A stretch of 64,000 nt of DNA from the human T2T-CHM13v2.0 reference genome, Homo sapiens: the NCBI RefSeq assembly GCF_009914755.1, contig NC_060936.1; one strand, 5' to 3'. How positions within the stretch are numbered: position 1 is the stretch's first letter; every line of letters starts with the position of its first letter. The notes beneath the pieces were generated by a model. The model had not been told where the DNA came from and did not search any database. It was given only the letters and a program-made list of their open reading frames with translations. Shown here in pieces: positions 43,200 to 56,185 of the stretch. The position numbers and the translations under genes are program-made.

Positions 43200-43399
43200 C
43201 AGAGACACTTTTGAGTGAAAGATCCTCCATGGGTTACTGGGAGAGCGGGGAAAGTTAGGGTATGAACTTAACCTCAGGGCTACATGCAATAGGGCCAACT
43301 ATTACTCCACGATGTGTGTTTTGATGGCACTTGTCCACTTTATCAGGGACCAAAGGTCATGTGCCTTCCATCTTCCCAACCAGTAACCTTTTCACCCAT

Positions 43400-44060
43400 T
43401 TGTGTATCCATCCCAGCCTTCCAGTTGTTTATGCAACCATCCCCTCATCCACTCATCTATCTATCCATGCATTCAAACAACCATCCCCATCCACCATCTA
43501 TTCATACATTTATCCACTCATACACTCATCACAAACATCTTTATTGAACACTTTCTAGCTTCCAGGCACTGTTAGGCATTGTTGTGACCTAATGCCGAAT
43601 ATCATATGAATTTCACCTTCAAGGAATTTATACTCTAGAGGGGGAGACCATTGAGTAAATAGATCATCTCAATTCAATGATGTAAATTATGATAGGGATG
43701 AGTTCAAGAGGCTGTGGGAGGACATAGGACCTAGAAGGCCTCAGGGAAGACCGGCAGAGGTGCTGTCTATGCCAAGGTAGGGAAGACAAGTAGAGGATGC
43801 TGCTGGGGAGGAGAGCTTTCCATGTGGAAGAACAGCAAGGGCAAGAGGATGTCTACTGATCTGGGGAAATTGCAAGTGGTTATATTTGGCTTGATTATGG
43901 GAGGTGAAGCTGGAAGGAATAGGGTTGGCTAGAGACCAGGGCTTGGTCACAATGGGCCTTGGGTTGAGTTTGAACTTGGACTTTATCCCAAGGGGACTGG
44001 GGAGGCTTGGGTTGATATCAGAGGCTTGAGTGAAGGCAGCAGGCTTTAGAAAGAACTCTC
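43400..44060 (-). mobile_element. L2 3' region with a (CCAT/CATT)n tail array
   Basis: TTTATTGAACAC...CCAGGCACTGT, TCAAGGAATTTATACTCTAG, GAAGAACAGCAAGGGCAA. Confidence 0.7.
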
Positions 44061-44661
44061 ACACAGGAGATTTCTCTTGTAGGAAATAGATTCTCTTTAT
44101 GAAGAGAATGACCCGGGAAACAAGTCATCAGACTCGGGAATGATAGCAGAAGCCTTCTTCTTTCTGACATCTGGTCTTGCTGTCTCCTTTTCCAGGACCA
44201 TTTTATGGCTGGTTGAAAATCTAGTGATGCTGGTGGGAGGGAAGCTAATGATTCAGACAGTCATTAATATTCTCCCTGAAGAAGCTTCCTTGAAGATCTA
44301 AGGGGAAATCAGACCCCCAAGGCCAGGAGAATTTCTATAGTGCGTAACTGCGGGCAATAATAGCCCCCATGACTATGCTTTGGCCAGTCATTGGGGATGG
44401 GCTTGCATGCATCGTATCAGCTCCACTCCTTCTCCTGGCTATAGTGGTGGCTGGGGGCTCATTTTCCAGATCAGCAGCCAGGTTAGGGGGCACATACTAC
44501 AGCCAAGGGGCAGAGCATGGGACACAGATTTACTGCACACCTACTATGTGCCATTAGATCCACTTGAGATATAAGAGAAATCAAACCAGGTCCCTGCTTT
44601 CCAGGAGCTTATAGTTATATTAAGTATACAGGACCTATGCATCAAAAGAAAGTTGTCAACA

Positions 44662-44958
44662 TTTTTTTTTGATATAGGGTCTGGCTCTGTCACTCAGGCT
44701 GGAGTTCAGTGGCACAATCTCATCTCACTGCAACCTCCACCTCCCAGGCTCAAGTGATCCTCCCGACTCAGCCTCCTGAATAGCTAGGACTACAGGCATA
44801 CGCCACTATGCCCGGCAAAATTTTTTTTTTATATTTTTTGTAGAGATGGGATTGTGCCACATTGCCCAGGCTGGTCTCGAATGTCTGACCTCAAGCAATC
44901 CTCCTGCCTTGGCCTCCCAAAGTGCTGAGATTTCAGCTGTGAGCCACTGCACCCAGCC
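44662..44958 (-). mobile_element. AluJ
   Basis: Alu dimer; TSD GTTGTCAACATTTT / GTTGTCAATATTTT. Confidence 0.92.
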
Positions 44959-45772
44959 TGTTGTCAATATTTTGAAATGCAGAGAAAGGGGAAGAACAAA
45001 GGAAGTTGAAGCACCAACATCTCATCTGAAATAGTGTGGAGTCAAAATATAACACCTGTAGTGGATGAAATAAAAAATGAAATCATAAAGACATTTGTTA
45101 GAGTTGCCAAGGTAACCAAAGTAGAACTAAAAATAGTGATAAACCTATTTTGGGAGGACAGGGCAAGAAATATCAATAGATGAGGTCTAAGGTCTGTAAA
45201 TCGATAAAGACCATGTTTTAGCATGGTGCTTAGAGATTTGGAGATAACCACAGAAGAAACACCCAGAAAACTTAAGAATGGTAGCCCCTGGGAAGCAGAA
45301 TAAAAGTAGGAAGAAGTGGGGGGGAGAACTGTTTCCTGTTGTACGGGGTTCTCTCTCATTTGATTCTTTTTTTCACCATGTGCATGTTGGTAGATAAAAA
45401 TAATTCTGAATGTTCAAATAGAAATAAGTCTTAACTAAATGGAATCGGTAGCATGAGGCAGACAGCACTATTTGATTTGTAGCAAGGGGTCTGTGGATAC
45501 AATTCAGAGAAGCTGTGAACCTGGATGGGAAAAAATTACATCTTTGTTTTACATTAACCTCTAACTGAAATGTAGCACTAGCTTTCATTATGAATATAGA
45601 TCAATAGCCACAGTAGTATGATCGTACCTGTGACTTTACCACCAAAAGAAATCATAAGCATTTTCATATCACCTTACACTTGTTACAAATATCTTGAAAT
45701 GTTTATGTTCATTACTACTTCAAAATTATAGAATCTGTTAGACTCACAGCTAGCTCGTTTGTTAATGCGTTA

Positions 45773-46150
<378 letters not shown>

Positions 46151-46246
46151 TTACGCATTTAAAAACATTATTTGTTTTCAAAGTAGCAAAGTTATGGAAT
46201 CAACCTAGATGCCCAGCAGTGGACTGGATAAAGAAAATATGGTTTG

Positions 46247-46565
46247 GGCCGGGAGCAGTGGCTCATGCCTGTAATCCCAGCACTTTGAGAGGCCAAGGCA
46301 GGAGGATCACTTGAGCTCAGTTTGAGACCAGACTAGACAACATGGTGAAACCCCATCTCTCCAAAAAACACAAAAATTAGCTGGGCATGGTGGCTCAAGG
46401 ACCTCTGGTTCCAGCTACTCAGGATACAGAGGCAGGAGGATTGCTTGAGCCCAGGAGGCAGAGGTTGCATTGAGCTGAGCTGCTCCATTGTACTCCAGCC
46501 TGGGCAACAGAATGAGACCTTGTCTCCACAAAAAAAAAAAAAAAAAAAAAAAAAGGAAAAGAAAA
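46247..46565 (+). mobile_element. AluJ/S nested in the L1
   Basis: Full dimer with a long A tail; L1 sequence AAGAAAA...TGGT on both sides. Confidence 0.92.
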
Positions 46566-46952
46566 GAAAAAATGTGGTACATATAAATCATGGAATACTA
46601 CACAGGCATAACAAAGAATGAAATCACCTTCTTTGCAGCAACATGGATGCAGCTGGAGACCATTATCCTAAGCGAATTAATGCAGAAACAGAAAACCAAA
46701 TACCACATGTTCTCACTTATAAGTGGGTGCTAAATATTGAGTACACATGGACACAAAGAGGGGAACAATAGACACCAAGACTTACTTGAGGGTGAAGGGT
46801 GGGAGGAGGGTGAGGTTCGAAAAACTACCTATCGAGTACTTATGTTCACTACTTGGTGACAAAATCACATGTACACCAAACCCCAGTGACACACAATTTT
46901 CCTGTGTAACAAACTTGCACATGTACCCTCTGAACCTAAAAAAGAAGTTGGA

Positions 46953-47079
46953 TTTCATCCATGTCCCTACAAAGAACATGAACTCATCCTTTTTTATGGC
47001 TGCATAGTATTCCATGGTGTATATGTGCCACATTTTCTTAATCCAGTCTATCATTGTTGGACATTTGGGCGGGAAAAAG
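46953..47079 (-). mobile_element. Young L1PA ORF2 fragment, inverted, flanked by a 14-bp TSD
   Basis: Translates on the minus strand as [31 protein letters not shown]; AAAAAGAAGTTGGA at 46939-46952 and 47080-47093. Confidence 0.9.
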
Positions 47080-47369
47080 AAAAAGAAGTTGGAAGAGAAA
47101 AATAAAGAAATAAAAACCTTATTCTGAGAAGAGTCTGTAGGTTTCACCAGACTATCAAAGAGTCTATGGCATAAAACAGGTTGAGAACCTGCATTAGAAA
47201 AAGGAGAATAGCTATGAGGTAAAGGCACCGGACAAAGTCTTCATAGGCAGAGAAGCAGGATTCACATGTTGAGGGAAGCTAGGACCCAGAATGATGGAGA
47301 GATAGAGAAAGCTGGTGAGGGAATGATGATGATGGTAACACGTCATCACTGATGATATGAATGAGGTTG

Positions 47370-47635
47370 ATGGTAACAGTAACACAGCAGTTATTATTTA
47401 CCGAGTAGGTCACAAAGTTTCAGACGCTGACTAAGCCCCTTGCAAACATGATCACATTCACTTTTGACAATAACTGTACAAAGGTGTGAATGCTATTTCT
47501 CTTTTACAGCCTAGGAAACACAGCCCCAGATATGTCCCGGGTCTACTCTCGGGTCTCCTAGCTAGCAAGTCGTAGAGCTAGAATTCAGGCCATGGGCTGC
47601 CTGATTCCCCAGCTTGTGCCCTTACTCACTCGTCC
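47370..47635 (-). mobile_element. MIR SINE
   Basis: TTATTTACCGAG...TTTTACAGCCTAGGAAAC...AGCTAGCAAGT...AGAGCTAGAATTC. Confidence 0.6.
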
Positions 47636-47923
47636 ATTCTGCCAAGCGCAGGGAAGGTCTTGTTCTCATTTAACCAATGAAAAAACTAAGGCTCAGAACG
47701 AGTAAAGTGAAGCCAAGCCCAGGATCTCAATATGCTTAGGAAAAGCAGGTGAGATTTCTCCCTTGCTTCACTGCTACTGATTTCCTTCCTTATCCCTGAT
47801 GGTACCTCCAGGGCCTGGGAGGCTCAAGGAACCTCGTGCCAGTTCTCTGGGCATCACCATCAAAGCTCAAATCCTGCCTAGTCTTCCTTTAACACAACAT
47901 ATGGCTCAGATTCTTCCTTCCAA

Positions 47924-48220
47924 TTTTTTTTTTAGATGGGTTCTCACTCTGTCACCCAGGCTGGAGTGTGGTGGCATGATCACGGCTCACTGCAGCCTTG
48001 ACCTCCTGGGGCTTAAGCAATCCTCCCACCTCAGCCTCCTGAATAGCTGGGACTCCAGGAGCATGCCACCACACCTGGCTAATTTTTATTTTTATTTTTT
48101 TGTAAAGACAGGGTTTCGCCATGTTGCCCAGCCTGGTCTCTAACTCCTGGATTCAAGTGATCCTCCTGCCTCGGCCTCCCAAAGTGCTGGGATTACAGGC
48201 GTAAGCCACCACACCTGGCC
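47924..48220 (-). mobile_element. AluJ
   Basis: ATCACGGCTCACTGCAGCCTTGACCTCC; TSD CTTCCTTCCAATTTT / CTTCCTTCCCATTTT. Confidence 0.92.
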
Positions 48221-49003
48221 CTTCCTTCCCATTTTAGCCATTGAAGCCCTCCTGCTATCAGGCCTAAATAACATCATAGCCTCTTAATTCAGCTCCCCAA
48301 TTCTAATCCATGCTCCCCATGAATGCGAGATGTGTCTGAACATGAGTTTCTCAAATTGGGGTCCCCTGGGGGTCCACAATACACTATGATCACGTTGTAA
48401 TTGCTTTAAGTTATAGGATATTACCATCATCCTTTTCTGAATTAACTGATCACTATCTAATCATCATGCACTGCCACATGATTCTGGTGTCTGTTCCGCA
48501 CTTGTGTTTGTGATGACAACTGTGCTGAACTGTCTCACTTTAATTACTGCGCAATGACAAGAAAATATCATGGACATGATACAGAAATGCCCTTCTTTGT
48601 GCCTGGTAAAGGCTCAAGAATGGAATGCCATGCTGTATGAACAGAAGGTTCACAGAAGTCTGAGAAGGGGAAAGTGGAAAATCACAGAGGTCCTCACAGA
48701 GGCAGGGGAAAATCAAAAGAACTCTCTGGAATAAATACATTTTAAAAATGATATGTGCTGATTAAGCTCTTGAAAAAAGAACTGTCTGGGGAGTGTGTCC
48801 ACTATTCAGATTGTGAGTGGCAGTTTTGTCTCGGCAAGACATCACTGTGCCCACCACAGACATGTTTTTAATTTGAATTTTATTGGTTTTGTAATTGGAA
48901 TCATATTTAATTTGCAGATTTGTTTTGGTTTTATAGCAGTAGATAAGATATAAGTGAAGAACTTATATCTGCTTTTATGCCAACATACATTTAAAAAACA
49001 TCA

Positions 49004-49560
<557 letters not shown>

Positions 49561-49571
49561 AAAAATGTTTA

Positions 49572-50331
49572 TCATCACTGGCCATCAAAGAAATGCAAAT
49601 CAAAACCACAATGAGATACCATCTCACATCAGTTAGAATGGCAATCATTAAAAAGTCAGGAAACAACAGGTGCTGGAGAGGATGTGGAGAAATAGGAACA
49701 CTTTTACACTGTTGGTGGGACTGTAAACTAGTTCAACCATTGTGGAAGTCAGTGTGGCGATTCCTCAGGGATCTAGAACTAGAAATACCATTTGACCCAG
49801 CCATCCCATTACTGGGTATATACCCAAAGGACTATAAATCATGCTGCTATAAAGACACATGCACACGTATGTTTATTGCGGCACTATTCACAATAGCAAA
49901 GACTTGGAACCAACCCAAATGTCCATCAATGATAGACTGGATTAAGAAAATGTGGCACATATACACCATGGAATACTATGCAGCCATAAAAAATGATGAG
50001 TTCATGTCCTTTGTAGGGATATGGATGAAATTGGAAATCATCACTCTCAGTAAACTATCGCAAGGACAAGAAACCAAACACTGCATATTCTCACTCATAG
50101 GTGGGAATTGAACAATGAGAACACATGGACACAGGAAGGGGAACATCACACTCTGGGGACTGTTGTGGGGTGGGGGGAGCGGGGAGGGATAGCATTAGGA
50201 GACATATCTAAGGCTAAATGACGAGTTAATGGGTGCAGCACACCAGCATGGCACATGTATACATATGTAACTAACCTGCACATTGTGCACATGTACCCTA
50301 AAACTTAAAGTATAATAATAATAAAATAAAA
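49572..50331 (+). mobile_element. 5'-truncated young L1 (L1PA2/L1PA3-like): ORF2 C-terminus and 3' UTR
   Basis: Near-consensus L1PA sequence; TGACGAGTTAATGG carries the non-Ta GAG diagnostic; G-rich 3' UTR; AAAGTATAATAAT tail. Confidence 0.95.
49593..50111 (+). pseudogene. L1 ORF2p C-terminal fragment (172 aa, Cys-rich domain); not a functional gene
   Basis: [26 protein letters not shown]...SLIGGN* is the L1 ORF2p C-terminus; no endonuclease, RT or promoter present. Confidence 0.93.
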
Positions 50332-51649
50332 TTTAAAAAAATTTTTTTAAAGCATCCCATGTTTGGAAGATGCTGACCCGCTTGCCACTTTGCAGATTAC
50401 ATTTACTGTTCAAATTGTCACCCATTTGGAGTAAATGCTTCACATGCTTCACCTGGCCTCTGTATCCTGCTGGGTTGGTGGACAGATCCTCTGCTTCAGT
50501 CAAACGGGTAGATATAACATCCTTCGAGTCGTCTGTGTGGTACTTTCACCTACAGTTAAGGATGGGGTGTGCTGAGTGCTCAAACTAGCACCTACAACAT
50601 TGATCAGTGTCTGCTAAATGATAACCACTATTAATATGAGCATGATTGCCTCTTCGAGAGACTGCAGAAAGAGATGTCACATGTGCTGGCATAAACCCCC
50701 TCTCCTGATGTTCCTGTCTCTGCATCTTACAGCCTGATCATGAGAATAGAAGAAAAATCAAGGTAAATGTGTTATTCAAAGTAGAGAAATGCCTGGGAAT
50801 GAGTTTTGGGAGCCTCCATCATGTTGTGGGAAAGAACATTCTGGATTAGGGAATACAGAGACTTAAGGGTAGGGCCCAGCTCTGTATGTCCTTGGACAAG
50901 ACACCTAGCCTCTCTGAGCCTCTAGCTCTGCTATGTTGAATAGGACAAAGGATCATTCTAGCCCTGCTCACTTCATGGAGCAGGCGGCAGGATCAGTGAG
51001 GTCAGGGATGTGGAAGGTGGAAGTGACAGTGACCTGAGGGGCTGCCATTATTATTGCTAGAGTGACAGTGATGAGGCAGAGTTGGAGAGATGCTCAGAGA
51101 GCTGGCAAATGAGGGAAAGATAGAGAGAGAGAAGAGTAACTCTATTGCCTTCACTGTCTGTCTTTTCTCCAGAGCTAACTCAGGCACATACAGTTGCTAT
51201 AAATTTTCCTCCCAGCCTCTTCTCTCAACTGGGTTCAGCTCACACAGACTCTCTAAGGCTGCCGTGGTGGCAGCTGAGGTCCCAGTAGAGAAGCTGGAAT
51301 AGTTACCTTGCAGCACCATAGGAAAAAGAGGGAGGACACAGGTGAGGGGCACGGCTGCTCAGAGTGAAGGGGGCCCATGGCTGAGTTGTGCTCAGCTCAG
51401 ACCACACTGGGCTCACTGAGGGCCTGCAGCTCTGCATTGACCGTTGGTTCATCCCAGAGACATGTGCCCCAGGAGGGCCCTTCTCTCCACATGTCTTACT
51501 TCCTCTATGGAGGAGGAGATGGAATGAGATGCTCTTTTTAAAGGCACTCAGAATGTGAGTGACTTGATGAGAGTGGGTGGGGAATGTCTCATCCGTTTCT
51601 GCAGTCTCGAGCCCAGTAAGACAGGATGAGAGTAAATGTTTAATGCATG

Positions 51650-53038
51650 TTGGGTGAAATAAACGAGTAGATGGAAAGATGGATAGGTGGATAGACAGAT
51701 GGACAGAACAACGGATGGATGGATACATGAACGGGTGGTGGATCAATGCATGAGTGGGTGGACAGATGGATAAAAGGACAGTTGGATGGAGTGAAGGAAA
51801 GCTTTAATACAGCAGGTCTGAGACAACTCTCCTGAGAGCCCTCCTTGCAAGGCTCACCCTTGGCTCACAACTGGGAAATTGGATTTTGGGAGGGTTTCCA
51901 AAGTTCCTAGAATTGATAAGAGTAGCTCACTATGGTTTATGTTAAATGTCCATTTTTCTTCTGAGAGTCTGGAATTTTGGTTTATTTTAGGCAGAGTGTG
52001 CCTACATGGCCCACCCCCGTAAAAACCTTAGGCACAGAGTCTCTAATGAGCTTCGCTGGCAGAAAACATTTCACACGTGTTGTCACAACTTGTTGCTCCA
52101 GGAATTAAGTGTGTTCTGTCTGACTCCACTTGGAGAGGATTGTTGGAAGCTTGCTCTTGGTTTCTCTGGACTTTACCTCATGCATCTTTTCTCTTTGCAG
52201 ATTTTGCTTTGTATCTTGCACTGGAATAAATTCATGAGTGCAACTGTATACTGAGTCCTGAGTCCTCTCAGAGAATCAACAAACTTGGGAATGCTCTTGG
52301 GGACCCCAGTTACAGACAGATGGATGGATGGATGGACAGATAAACTAATAAATGGATAAATTAAAGGTAGATAGATGAGTGATGTCTGATAAGCTATTGA
52401 TAAATGTATGGATGAGTAGATGAACAGGTGGATGGACAGACAGATGAATAACTAGGTGGATGGATGGACAGACAAATGACTAATAGGATGGGTAGATGTA
52501 TGTATGTATGGATGGATGAATGGCATGCATGGAGGGTTAGCTGGATGGATGGATGGTTGGATGGATGGATAGATGAATGCAAGGATAGATGGATGGTTGA
52601 CATGCATGCATGGGTGGATGGATGGATGCATGGATGAATTCATGGATGCATGGATGGATGGATGGATGGATGGATGGATGGATGGATGCATGGGTAGATA
52701 AATGGTTGGATGGATGGATGGGTGGATAGATGGTTGCATGGGTGAATAAATGGTTGGATGGATGAATAGACGGTTGGATGGATGGATAGATGGATGCATG
52801 CATGGATGGATGGTTGGCATGCATGCATGGGTGGATGGATGGATGCATGGATGGATGCATAGATGCATAGATGTTTGGTTGGTAGGATAGATACATAGAT
52901 GGATGGGTGGTTTCATGCATAAATGGATGGATGGATGGATGGGTGGATGCATGAGTGGGTGGATGGTTGGCATGCGTGCAAGAATGGATGTATGGGTGGA
53001 TGGATGGATGCATGAATAGATGCATGGGTGGTTGGATG

Positions 53039-53039
<1 letters not shown>
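51650..53039. repeat. Large (TGGA)n/(TGCA)-variant low-complexity array split by MER68
   Basis: GGAT repeats at 51650-51790 and 52315-53039. Confidence 0.92.
51791..52314 (+). mobile_element. MER68-like ERVL solo LTR
   Basis: AGCAGGTCTGAGAC...CTTGCAAGG...CCCTTGGCT...TTGGATTTTGGGAGGGTT; GAGTCTCTAATGAGCTTC; ends TCTTGGGGACCCC...ACA. Confidence 0.8.

Positions 53040-53083
<44 letters not shown>
53040..53083. repeat. (TG)22 microsatellite
   Basis: Perfect dinucleotide run. Confidence 0.97.
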
Positions 53084-53085
<2 letters not shown>

Positions 53086-54066
53086 GGGTTAGAAGGAGTG
53101 ATCTAAATCTTTCAGATGCTCTAAAGGCCACAGATTTTAATGGCCACGAGAGTTCCTCAAAGGCTCAAGACTATTCACACCTAACTTATTTGTCAGGAAT
53201 GAGTCAGCGCCTGGGGGATTTTTACTTGGCGAGATCAGAATTTAATATTGTCACCGCTTATATACTCATATGGGCACCTAGAGGATTAACTATATGCATA
53301 GTAGTGTCCGTGATGAATAGGAAGGTTGGTTTGGGGCATAAGCTCAGATTGCAGGAGCAAAAGGAGTAGAAAAATGCATCTGGTTTCTCAAATCTGTGGG
53401 TATTACTGGCCAACAGCACTACCAGCTTCCCAAAGACTGAATTTGTTTTCTCTGGTTTGGGTTTGACTCTATAAAAATATTTGGTCTTTATTTGAGATCT
53501 TTTGTTTCCTCTTGCAAGTATTAAATGTCTCTTTATGATTCATTGTTCTGGAGGAGTCATGGTGAGCATTGCAAACCCATTTTTTCCTGTTTTCTTTCTT
53601 GAATGATGAACTCTACTTTGATTAAACATTTTTATAATAATTTTCCTCTTAATTGAAAAGTGATTTTTAAAATGCATTTGGCAGAGGGGGACAGGGGATG
53701 TGTTAAAGTTACAGTCTCATTTATTCCTAATGAAGTGGAAGGGAAATGGAACCCAGGGGAGGAACAGGATGAAAAAAGAATACTGGAAAGTGATGGAACC
53801 AAAGGAGGAAAGAAAGAATACGATGAATGTGAGGGGGCTTTGAATAAGCATCTTGTTTTGTACATAAGCACTCGAGTTAGAAGAAATAGAGAAACTAACA
53901 GTCGGAGCTGCTACCTGGCCAAAGACCAATTCTCTGTGACTCAGAGGCACTGCCACCATCTCCCTCTGAGCCCATGGGCCTCAGTTTCTACATCTGTCAA
54001 TGGGATGAAGCCATCTTCATATGGCTGCTGAGGGTCTCAGGAAATGATGAATGGGAAAATGCAAGC

Positions 54067-56185
54067 TGTAGGATGCTACACGTGGGGTGGGTGGGTGGCG
54101 TGAGGGGTGAAGAAGGTGGGGTGAGCTTCCAGACTCTCCTAGCTCTAAGAATCCATAAGTAATGAAAATACATGGATATGTATCACACTCACAGATTTAT
54201 ACTCTCTCACACAGTTACACATGCACACACCTCTCACACGGATTCTCACACATCTCACACAGCCACACCCTCTCTCACACACTTGCAGACTCATTATACA
54301 CACTCTTCCACACCCATAGACACACCATTAAATACACACACCCTCACACAGATACCAACTCCTCACACACACACCTTCACACATGCTTCACACATACACA
54401 CCCCCTCACATGCACACTCTCAACATCACTTCTCACACTCACCCTTAAACACATCTTTGCATGCACAGAACCCTCACACACACACTTTACACCCCCTTAC
54501 ACACACTCCATACACACACACCCCCTCACATGCACACTCTCAACATAGTGTCTCACACACACCCTTAAACACATCTTTGCATGCACGGAACCCTCACACA
54601 CACACACACCTTCTCTCACACACACCCTCACACACACACTTTACACACACACCCTTACACACACTCCATCCACGCACACACCTTCACATGCACACCCTCA
54701 ATATAGCCTCTCACACACACCTTTAAACACATCTTTGCATGCACACAGCCCTCACACACACACCTTCACACACACACCTCCCTTCACATACACTTTATGT
54801 ACACACACATCCTCACACATACTCCATATACACCTTCACATGCACAATCTCAACATAACTTCTCACACACACCCTTAAACACGTTTTCACGTACATAACA
54901 CTCACACATACCCCCTCAACATATCTTCTCACACACACCCTCAGACACACTCCATACACACACACACACCCTCACATGCACACTCTCAACATAGCTTCTT
55001 ACACACACCCCTAAACACATCTTTGCATGCACATAACCCTCACACACACACCCTCACACAACCGACACACTCCATACACACAAACCCTCTCACACACACT
55101 GACACACTCCATACACACACATACACCCTCACATGCACATTCTCAACATAGCTTCTCACATACACCCTTAAGCACATCTTTGCATGCACAGAACCCTCCC
55201 ACGCACACACACACACACCCTCACACACACCGACACACTCCATACACACATACACCCTCACATGCACACTCTCAACATAGCTTCTCACATACACCCTTAA
55301 ACACATCTTTGCATGCACAGAACCCTCACACACACACACACACACACACACACTCTACATATACACAAATGTAGGGTGCTACATGTAGGGTGGGTAGATG
55401 GGGTGAGCTTCTAGACTCTCCTAGGTCAGTCTAAGAATCCTAAGTGATGAACATACATAGATGTGTATCACACTCACAGATTTACACTCTCTCACACACA
55501 GTTACACATGCACACACCTCTCACATGCATTCTGACACATCTCACACAGCCACACCCTCTCACACACATGCAGACATACACACCCTTCCACACCCATAGA
55601 CACTATTAAACACATCCTCACACAGACACCCCCAAATTCTCACACAAACACCTTCACACACCCCCTCACGTGCACATTCTCACACACAACCTTAAACACA
55701 TCCTTGCAGGCACATAACCCTCACACACACACACACCCTCTTACATATAGCCCATATACACACACCCCTCACATGCACACTCTCAACATAGCTTCTCACA
55801 CACCCTTTAACACGTTTGCACATACACAACCCTCACACACACACCTTCACACATGCACACACCCTCACACACTATATACACACACATCCTCACATGTACA
55901 TGCTCAACACAGCCTCTCACACATACCCTTAAACAGATCTTTGCATGCACACAGCCCTCACATACACACACCTTCACACACAACCTCACACACATTCCCC
56001 AACAATCCGTCACATGCACACAAACTCTCATACACAGATGACCCACAATCCTCACATGTATTCGCTCTCACACATACCCTCACACATATGCACACAACCT
56101 CACACACACACCTCTCACACATATGCACACACACTCCTACTCCTCAGGTCCACACAGCCACCCCCCACACAGCCTCACACACATC
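54067..56185. repeat. CA-rich composite tandem repeat: ~1.3-kb duplication containing a ~120-155-bp VNTR
   Basis: Leader TGTAGG.TGCTACA...GGGGTGAGCTTC.AGACTCTCCTAG...GTATCACACTCACAGATTTA at 54067 and 55370; unit CACATGCACACTCTCAACATAG...CCCTTAAACACATCTTTGCATGCAC repeated about 10 times. Confidence 0.9.

Larger units (their letters stand above)
46173..47111 (+). mobile_element. Older primate L1 (L1PB/late L1PA) 3' end
   Basis: ATGGAATCAACCTAGATGCCCA, TTTGCAGCAACATGGATGCAGCTGGAG, ACCAAACCCCAGTGACAC; TSD TAAAAACATTATT / TAAAAACCTTATT. Confidence 0.85.

Noticed and set aside
46782-47228. 148-aa ORF with an L1 ORF2 segment
   Set aside because: Chance fusion of the inverted L1PA fragment with antisense flanks; not a gene.
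54400-55320. CRISPR-like look of constant blocks with variable spacers
   Set aside because: Primate DNA; the spacers are related (CA)n variants rather than unique sequences, and there are no cas genes. It is a minisatellite.
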